32,360 nt of DNA from Tubiluchus corallicola (taxonomy: Eukaryota > Animalia > Priapulida). Below, piece by piece: positions 23,390 through 32,360 of the stretch. The notes under the pieces were generated by a model. That model was given only the letters and a program-made list of their open reading frames with translations, did not search any database and had not been told where the DNA came from. The stretch spans positions 1 through 32,360 of the forward strand of contig JAQGDQ010001314.1 of the NCBI GenBank assembly GCA_030141605.1, read 5' to 3'. The translations under genes were made by a program, and so were the position numbers. The first letter of the stretch is position 1. Each line of letters opens with the position of its first letter.

Positions 23390-23920
23390 TTGATAATCCA
23401 ATTCAATTTGATTTCAATATGGTCTGTCTTTCTAGGCTGTATGATGGCAAGACCTAGATGACAATGGTTTTGTTAACTATCTAGTGTTAAGACAACTTCA
23501 AATTTGATAATCCACTTCAATATGGTCTATCTTTCTAGGCTGTATGAAGGCAAGAGACCTAGATGGCTACAGTTGTGTTAAAGATCTAGTGTTAAGACAA
23601 GTTCCAACTTGATAATCCACTTCAACATGGTCTATCTTTCTAGGCTGTATGAAGGCAAGAGACCTAGATGGCTACAGTTTTGTTAAAGATCTAGTGTTAA
23701 GACAAGTTCCAACTTGATAATCCACTTCAATATGGTCTATCTTTCTAGGCTGTATGAAGGCAAGAGACCTAGATTGCTACAGTTTTGTTAAAGATCTAGT
23801 GCTAAGACAAGCTCAAATTTGATAATACACTTCAATATGGTCTATCTTTCGAGGCTATATGATGGCAAGACCTAGATGACAATGGTTTTGTTAACTATCT
23901 AGTGTTAAGACAGATTCAAA
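23390..23920. repeat. 103-105-bp minisatellite, ~5 units
   Basis: GGTCT(A/G)TCTTTC at 23421, 23524, 23629, 23734, 23839; same monomer as 2308-2605. Confidence 0.93.
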
Positions 23921-23936
23921 CAGAAAAAAGTATTTT

Positions 23937-24123
23937 TCACACCACTTCATCACTGCCAATCAGGTGGTTTGCTATCTCGTTGGACTTTAGCAAAATATTA
24001 CTGCCAACAACTTGTTCATAAAGACCGTGCTCTTCTAACAGTATTTCTATTCTCCTGTAGATGTCGCTAAATGTAGGCCGATCATCTGGTTTATCCTCCC
24101 AACAGTTCTGCATGATTTCGTAT
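23937..24123 (-). CDS. Receptor tyrosine kinase exon (subdomain XI and C-tail)
   Basis: cttttacag|(I)YEIMQNCWEDKPDDRPTFSDIYRRIEILLEEHGLYEQ...DEVV*; classic YxxMxxCW...RPTF motif; phase 2 matches the exon at 29180. Confidence 0.9.
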
Positions 24124-25933
24124 CTGTAAAAGTTTGTAGTGGAAAACACGTTACTAAAAAGTCTTTAATAATTGAACGTAGGCTAATTTTGTAAAGGCAC
24201 GTCCATTTTAAGTCTATACAAATTAGAAAACTATTTAAACTGACTGTACAGATTTTTTTCTCTGTCAAATGTTTTACAACTTTTTAAAGAAAAGGCACAA
24301 TAATAATTATAATAATTTTTGATGAAAGGTTTGTTATTTATTAGCTAATTCGTTCTCTCTAATTCACTCACTTTAAAGTACTTCACTCAAAAATACGCTG
24401 CTCAAACAACATTGGTTATTTTTGTATAGCATTTACATACACATCGACTGTAAAGGGAAACAGGACCCAATCTTAAACTGTACGTCAAAATAATCTACTC
24501 TTTAAAATATTAAAAGGAAACATACTATTTTTCCAAAAATGACTTATGTGAAAAAATTATTACCACACAAACACAATTTCACTTTCGCACCACTAGTTCT
24601 TCACTGTTACATGCATTTCATCATTCGCTAGTTGATGTCACTAGCGCCTGCATTTTGGAAACGCATTGCACAAAACAGGTGCTGTACCTCTCAGTTCAAA
24701 TGTGTTAGTTGGTGACGAACTATACACGTTTGACAGCTTATGCGTGAGCACAGAGGTAAATTTGAAATTTGAATTTTTATCTTAAAACTTGCCTAGTTTT
24801 AGTACAACACATTGAATATCTTACAGTAGCACTGTACTTCAATTTTCGCTTTCGCAAACACGTGCAACACGCTCGTGGAATATTTGTGCTGTTGAAAATT
24901 GTGTTAGTTTGTGATGTCATCAATAGTTGGGCTCGCCCCCTTTAATTAAGTTTTTAATATCTTATTTAATTATCAGAAACGCTTTTGCAGTATTATTGGT
25001 GTTAAAATGTTTACTTTTTACTTGAAAATGGGGCAGTTTATGAAGAATCATCCTGTTTTTCTTTAAGTTTACCCAAACTAGAAAGCGAACTAAACTAACT
25101 CCACTAGTTTTAACGAGACGGTCACATTTCGTTGGCAACTCTCAAGTGTCAGCTCACGCTTACTATCGTAGCATGCTTTGCTTTCTAGTCTGCACACGCT
25201 TACGAGTTACTTGCCGAAAAAACTCGCTAATCTGAACGAGCCTTAACTCTTTGTCAGTGTCGCAGGCCATTGTTTTTGTTGCTAGGCGACACGAGTAAAA
25301 CAAATCTTTCTCTTAGATGTTATAGGTTTCTGTGGCATGAAACTACATAACGAATCAATTTCGTTCTAATTCATGTCAACAGAAATAAAACCTATGCAAT
25401 AGCTAGGCATGTTTACACATACTTTACTCCGAAATTATTGGTACGAAATTCAGTGTATGCTTTACAGCGCACAGAAATATATTGCTCATACATCACACCA
25501 CTGATGCACTTATTTATAAGTACAAAGTTCAATGAATGTTACACACTGCTTTGTCGATCAACTGTGTAACTTGTGTTGGCAATACCAAACAACTTATGTC
25601 GTCTAAGACAGAAAAATTTGCACTTTAAAAACTCAAAAACTCATTTGCGTATCATTCGTTGACGTTGTCTATGTCAAGTTTACCGCTCTGAAGGGTTTTT
25701 CTGTACAATTTGCCGCTTTGTGTATTGCAATATTTGTTCCAACGTTTGAAATAAAGTGATTAAACTGCTGTGCGTAACAAATGACTGGATTAAGGCGATC
25801 GATTAGTGATCAGCATTATGGAGAACCCATATGTGCGCCACACAGAACCAGAAAATTACAGCCAAACTAAAATCGAATGAAAAAGACCTTGTAACAAGAA
25901 AGAAAGGCCCACACTAATCAATAAAGCTGCAAA

Positions 25934-26497
25934 ATGGATGCAGTTTCAGAGTCGAGGGAGAATCTAGTTGCGTTTGATGATCCAGTAGTATGGCGACAGC
26001 TTACTCAGCTAGGTGTAGCATCGGTTATACAAATAGGTGCTGGACTGGTAATAGCTACATGCAGCATTGTACTGTTAACATCAAGTAACTATGGTATTTT
26101 CTCTGCTGACGTTGTTTCACTTGTCTGTGGAAGTACTGTGATATTTATCGGAACACTGGGACTTATTACTAAACGAATTCCACGAGCTGAACTTCTGCGC
26201 ACCGTTTATTTCCTATCGATTCTATCGATTGGAATTTCACTATTGGAAATCAGTTACGACATATTCGAGTTCACGCAGGTAGTGTACATTGGAGCGATTT
26301 GGGAGTACGACGCCATGTTGTTGTTAGCACTCACTGCTGGTTTTTTCCTCTTTACTGCTTCAGTGTTGATGCTCACTTCAGCGAATTATATAGCTGTCGA
26401 ACAGCGAAGAAGACGAAGAAGAGATATACAAGACGAAAGAATGCGGAACGGCAACGGAGCGATCTTAAATAGACATAATTCAGAATCTGCAACATAG
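25934..26497 (+). CDS. Four-transmembrane protein, CD20/MS4A-like; intronless CDS nested antisense in the RTK intron
   Basis: 187-aa non-repetitive ORF, aaaATGG start context, four hydrophobic helices with an LG....QI..G and G....G.LG...K pattern, Arg-rich cytosolic tail. Family assignment is by pattern recognition only. Confidence 0.75.
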   Translation: MDAVSESRENLVAFDDPVVWRQLTQLGVASVIQIGAGLVIATCSIVLLTSSNYGIFSADVVSLVCGSTVIFIGTLGLITKRIPRAELLRTVYFLSILSIGISLLEISYDIFEFTQVVYIGAIWEYDAMLLLALTAGFFLFTASVLMLTSANYIAVEQRRRRRRDIQDERMRNGNGAILNRHNSESAT

Positions 26498-26732
26498 GAA
26501 CTATTTGAGGTTGTACCACGTCTGAGCGTTAATGTATTCATACGCGTTTGATGTTAGCTCATCGCCGCAGAGTAACTTCATTGCGCCAACCGGATAAATC
26601 AGGTTAATTTAGCAAAACGATGCAAGTGCTGCTGTATTGATTGTACCTTGTTTTTATAAACGGTTCAAGACTGTGTTAAATTGTTGCTGTTTTGTTTCTG
26701 GCTACTAGAGACTATTGACGGTCACCCGCAGG

Positions 26733-27719
26733 CTGGGGTGCCGGCAGCAAATTTCAGGGACAGGGGCAGCTTCTATGAAAACGGCACATTTTGTTTACCC
26801 ATATTTCTGTGGCCAAGCTGATAATGGTATAACTTATATATAAGGGTATATCAAAGGCACCCAAATGCCTTCAACCTCTCACGTGTTCCTTTTAAAACGA
26901 ATAAATGAATGGCATTAATCGATTTACGTTTTCATGTAAAGTTCAATTTCCATAATGCCAATTTTCATAATGCTAAAATGGCGGTTAGACAAATTAAGCA
27001 TAAACACATTTCCAGGAAAGCCAATAGTAAAATAATTCGTTGTATTGGTTGTGTGAAGCTGATTATTGGTGTTTTAGGGATGGCAAAACTATGAAGAGTC
27101 AGATTATAAAACTACACGTTTATTGAACATCAAACACAATAAATACTACAACAGATAGTAATGCCAATCCCCCTGATCTAGCCTGCTCTCCTTCAGCTCC
27201 CAGACTCAATCCCCTGAGCTGGGCGCATCACAAGGCTTATATATCGTACGCCGAGCTTCGACGCCTACGCTTCGGTTCTGAATCACTTGATCATGTCATA
27301 TCACTCCTTAACTGGCTTCATACCAGCATTCATCAGCATAATTATCTATCACAATCTAGCGCTTTTAACATAGCTTAACAGGTCCTCTTTTACTCTGATC
27401 CTTCCCTGTTTCTGATCCCTCCCATCTACTAGCAAATATACTGAGAACCACAAGCGCGTGTACGTGATGTGGTTTTATCATTACTTGACCTTTTACAAGT
27501 TCCTTCCTGTACATCATCACACATTGCTCCGAGTAAACTCTTCGGAGTAATCATGGATAACCACACATTTTTCAATCAAATAGGCAAAGTTCTGCTCCTG
27601 CACCGCCCCCTTGAGAAAGGGCAAGAGATCAAATAGGCAAAGTTCTGCTCCTGCATTACCATCCTGAGAAGGGGCAAGAGGACCACTGCCCCTCTGTCCC
27701 CGTTGCTTCGGCGCCCCTG
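26733..27719. mobile_element. Non-autonomous hAT-like element (MITE) interrupted by a solo LTR
   Basis: Left end CTGGGGTGCCG vs reverse complement of right end CAGGGGCGCCG, both followed by a GGGACA(G)..GGGGCAG motif; 8-bp flanks CCCGCAGG / CTGGCAGG (6/8); internal 53-bp tandem pair at ~27575-27680. Confidence 0.6.
27050..27523 (-). mobile_element. Solo LTR, 474 bp
   Basis: Termini TGTGTGA...TCACACA; 5-bp flanks TTGGT/TTGCT (4/5); minus-strand TATA (~27240) and AATAAA (~27120). Confidence 0.7.
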
Positions 27720-27924
27720 CTGGCAGGAGATAAGGTGTGATATCACTGAAATTGATTTTTGAATTTGCCATGGCGTTATTTTGCGACCGATTTTGTTTCT
27801 ACAGTATGTAGCCTGTGTACGATTTATGTAAGGTTTGCCAAAATAAATGCCAAAAATTCGAAAAAGAACTTCATGCAAAACACCTGTCGAGTTACTGGAG
27901 GCTGTTAAGCAGTCTTAAAAACTT

Positions 27925-28085
27925 AATCAATCAATCAATCAATTAATCAATCAATCACTCAATCAATCAGTTTATTTCACTCCAGCAATACATATACAAT
28001 ACATCAACATACAATATTATTGAAACAAAAAGAAACAGTATAGGTAAAAAAACGTTGATGAAGTCAAATTAACCAAATAAAAGAG
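27925..28085 (-). mobile_element. LINE/SINE 3'-end remnant with (TGAT)n tail
   Basis: Minus strand reads GTGAAATAAAC followed directly by TGATTGATTG... repeats. Confidence 0.5.
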
Positions 28086-28091
28086 TTGCTG

Positions 28092-28992
<901 letters not shown>

Positions 28993-29179
28993 ACTCTCTC
29001 TCTCTCTTACTCTCTTTCCCACCCTAATAAACACCACAATAGGTTTTCATTTTTTTGTTGCTTTACTCTTCGGAACAATCTAAAACATTTTCTGCAAATT
29101 TTTGCATAACTGCACTTGACACAGCAGTAAACTATTCTGTCTTCCCTCTCTGAGAGTCTCGTAAAGCTGATGTACTTAC

Positions 29180-29279
29180 ATTTCGTTGCTACAGTGCACC
29201 GGTTTTTTCAACTGTTGTCCCGCTCTTATTGCCTGCATTACTTCCTCAGCACTCGTCAGATCTGAGTATGGAATTGCAC
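29180..29279 (-). CDS. Receptor tyrosine kinase exon (kinase subdomains IX-X), PDGFR/VEGFR-like exon architecture
   Basis: ttgtttgacag|(G)AIPYSDLTSAEEVMQAIRAGQQLKKPVHCSNE+AT|gtaagt; TK pattern GxxPY...G..L..P..C..E; 100 nt, phase 1-2; not in the ORF track. Upstream exons lie beyond the window. Confidence 0.9.
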
Positions 29280-29879
29280 CTGTCAAACAATAACATTGTT
29301 AAAAGCCTGCATAACCACAGCAAACATTGAAGTTTGTTAACGCATAATTATGATTGCACGAAGAATTCATAGTTATTATTAAACAAAAGAGACATAAATT
29401 AAAATAACTTACCTTTTCCCTCGAATTTTGAACACATGCATTGCCGCAAAGATCGCGTCACTGGCGCGATTGAACGAGAATGACGTATGAGGTACAGAAA
29501 GCGTCTTTGGTTACCGATGTTTGTTTACTGATCTTTGGTGACCTCGTGATTGTACTCATTACTACGTCTTTCTCTCGCGCAATGAAAAATGGCGGTTCTT
29601 CAAATGACTCAAACTGAGTATTCGTAATGAGAGTAGGATTTTAAATTGTATTGGAAAAAACCTATTATGATATTTTGGGGTAATGTCGGCCACGTTTAGA
29701 TTTCTAAAAGACTTACCTTGTATTATCACTAGTATTTCATGTACAGGCTTAGCAGACAGATTCATGGATTTGTCTGATTTACAGGAACGCAAATAAATTG
29801 TTTGTCGTTCAATTCAGTATAATTGCGAATGTGTTACTTGTGCACTCCGTGTAGTCAAAATCAGTAGCCACCCTGGTGG

Positions 29880-32072
29880 CTACCAGATAGGGTAATGATG
29901 GCCAGTTGAAGATGTCAGCCACCAGATAGGGTAATGTTGTCCAGTTGAAGGTAATGTCGGCCACCAGATAGGGTAATGTCGGCCTGTTGAAGGTAATGTC
30001 GGCCACCAGATAGGGTAATGTCGGCCTGTTGAAGGTAATGTCGGCTACCAGATAGGGTAATGTCGGCCAGTTGAAGGTAATGTTGGCTAACAGATAGGGT
30101 AATGTCGGCCTGTTGAAGATAATGTCGGCTACCAGATAGGGTAATGTCAGCCTGTTGAAGTTAATGTTGGCTACCAGATAGGACAATGTTGGCCAGTTGA
30201 AGGTAATGTTGGCCACCAGATAGGATAATGTTGGCCAGTTGAAGGTAATGTTGGCCACCAGATAGGGTAATGTTGGCCAGTTGAAGGTAATGTCGGCCAC
30301 CAGATAGGGTAATGTTGGCCAGTTGAAGGTAATGTCGGCCACCAGATAGGGTAATGTTGGCCAGTTGAAGGTAATGTCGGCCACCAGATAGAGTAATGTC
30401 AGCCACCAGATAGGGTAATGTCGGCTTGTTCAAGGTAATGTCGCCTACCAGATAGGGTAATGTCGGCCTGTGGAAGGTAATGTCGGCCACCAGATAGAGT
30501 AATGTCAGCCACCAGATAGGGTAATGTCGGCCTGTTGAAGGTAATGTTAGAAACCAGATAGGATAATGTTGGCCAGTTGAAGGTAATGCCAACCACCAGA
30601 TAGGGTAATGTCGGCCTGTTCAAGGTAATGTCAGCTACCAGATAGGGTAATGTTGGCCAGTTGAAGGTAATGTCGGCCACCAGATAGGGTAATGTCGGCC
30701 AGTTGAAGGTAATGTCGGCCACCAGATAGGGTAATGTCAGCCACCAGATAGGGTAATGTCGGCCTGTTGAAGGTAATGTTAGAAACCAGATAGGGTAATG
30801 TTGGCCAGTTGAAGGTAATGTCAGCCACCAGATAGGATAATGTTGGCCAGTTGAAGGTAATGCCAACCACCAGATAGGGTAATGTCGGCCTGTTCAAGGT
30901 AATGTCAGCTACCAGATAGGGTAATGTCGGCCTGTTGAAGGTAATGTCGGCCACCAGATAGGGTAATGTCGGCCAGTTGAAGGTAATGTCGCCTACCAGA
31001 TAGGGTAATGTCAGCCTGTTGAAGGTAATGTCGGCCACCAGATAGAGTAATGTCAGCCACCAGATAGGGTAATGTCGGCCTGTTGAAGGTAATGTCAGCC
31101 ACCAGATAGGATAATGTCGGCCAGTTGAAGGTAATGTCGCCTACCAGATAGGGTAATGTCAGCCTGTTGAAGGTAATGTCGGCCACCAGATAGAGTAATG
31201 TCAGCCACCAGATAGGGTAATGTCGGCCTGTTCAAGGTAATGTCAGCTACCAGATAGGGTAATGTCGGCCTGTTGAAGGTAATGTCGCCTACCAGATAGG
31301 GTAATGTCAGCCTGTTAAAGGTAATGTCGGCCACCAGATAGAGTAATGTCAGCCACCAGATAGGGTAATGTCGGCCTGTTCAAGGTAATGTCAGCTACCA
31401 GATAGGATAATGTTGGCCAGTTGAAGGTAATGCCAACCACCAGATAGTGTAATGTCGGCCTGTTCAAGGTAATGTCAGCCACCAGATAGGATAATGTTGG
31501 CCAGTTGAAGGTAATGTCAGCCACCAGATAGGACAATGTCGGCCAGTTGAAGGTAATGCCAACCACCAGATAGAGTAATGTCAGCCACCAGATAGGGTAA
31601 TGTCGGCCAGTTGAAGGTAATGTCGCCTACCAGATAGGGTAATGTCGGCCTGTTGAAGGTAATGTCAGCCACCAGATAGGATAATGTTGGCCAGTTGAAG
31701 GTAATGTCAGCCACCAGATAGGGTAATGTCAGCCTGTTGAAGGTAATGTCAGCCACCAGATAGGACAATGTCGGCCTGTTGAAGGTAATGCCAACCACCA
31801 GATAGGGTAATGTCAGCCTGTTGAAGGTAATGTCAGCCACCAGATAGGACAATGTCGGCCTGTTGAAGGTAATGTCAGCCACCAGATAGGGTAATGTCAG
31901 CCTGTTGAAGGTAATGTCAGCCACCAGATAGGACAATGTCAGCCTGTTGAAGGTAATGTCAGCCACCAGATAGGACAATGTCGGCCTGTTGAAGGTAATG
32001 TCAGCCACCAGATAGAGTAATGTCGGCCTGTTGAATATAATGTCAGCCTCCAGATAGGACAATGTCGGCCAG
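29880..32072. repeat. 42-bp minisatellite (22+20-bp subunits), ~2.2 kb, in an RTK intron
   Basis: Unit CCACCAGATAGGGTAATGTCGG + CCTGTTGAAGGTAATGTCGG (e.g. at 29961 and 30003) with occasional extra 22-bp half units. Confidence 0.97.
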
Positions 32073-32360
32073 GCTGACAGCTGTGCTTTTCTATACATTC
32101 TAAACACTTAGTAAATATTTTTCACGTCTTATTATTAGAGAATTCTCATCATTACAGAAAAGCACGCTGGGCGTGTCTAAGACTAAGCACTATTCAATGA
32201 TTTATCGCGAAATGTTTGTCAAAATATTGTTGCTTCTCGTTTGCTGACATGCTTTCTTTTCAAAAAAAACTTCAAACATAAGAACAAAGTTCGGATTGAT
32301 TCCAAACGAGGGACCTTTTAAGTATAATTTTCATCAATTCTGCTATGAGGCTGGGCATTA

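Larger units (their letters stand above)
18825..23920. repeat. Duplicated segment, copy 2
   Basis: Collinear with 1-2605, with larger arrays and extra segments at ~19265-19755 and ~22360-23390. Confidence 0.85.

Noticed and set aside
29407-29730. Two strong minus-strand donors (AAG|GTAAGT at ~29413 and ~29717) as upstream RTK exons
   Set aside because: Neither preceding sequence encodes the expected KWMAPE/SDVWSFG motifs; the real upstream exon must lie outside the window.
29809-32107. Repeat-protein ORFs (ADITFNWPTLPYLV)n, or a CRISPR array
   Set aside because: Product of a 42-bp unit lacking stops; frames shift at half-unit insertions; lies in an RTK intron; no spacers.

Overview
AT-rich, intron-containing, repeat-dense animal (probably invertebrate) genomic DNA; no prokaryotic features, RNA genes or CRISPR. 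(1) A minus-strand PDGF/VEGF-family ligand gene (PVF-like) can be assembled from 7 phase-compatible GT-AG coding exons (9681->3468, ~409 aa): signal peptide, propeptide, 8-Cys cystine knot, CXCXC repeats and a basic/hydrophobic tail. (2) About 14 kb upstream on the same strand are two 3' kinase exons of a receptor tyrosine kinase (29279-29180, 24123-23937) whose 100-nt phase-1/phase-2 exon resembles the PDGFR/VEGFR class, so this may be a receptor-ligand gene pair. (3) An intronless 187-aa four-transmembrane (CD20/MS4A-like) ORF is nested antisense in the RTK intron. (4) A diverged duplication (1-2605 vs 18825-23920) carries 70-bp and 105-bp tandem arrays and copy-specific insertions. (5) The rest is solo LTRs, a hAT-like MITE, RTE/RTEX LINE fragments, a 2.2-kb 42-bp minisatellite, microsatellites and decayed Gln-rich gene-like relics. 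All gene models were read by eye and need RNA support.
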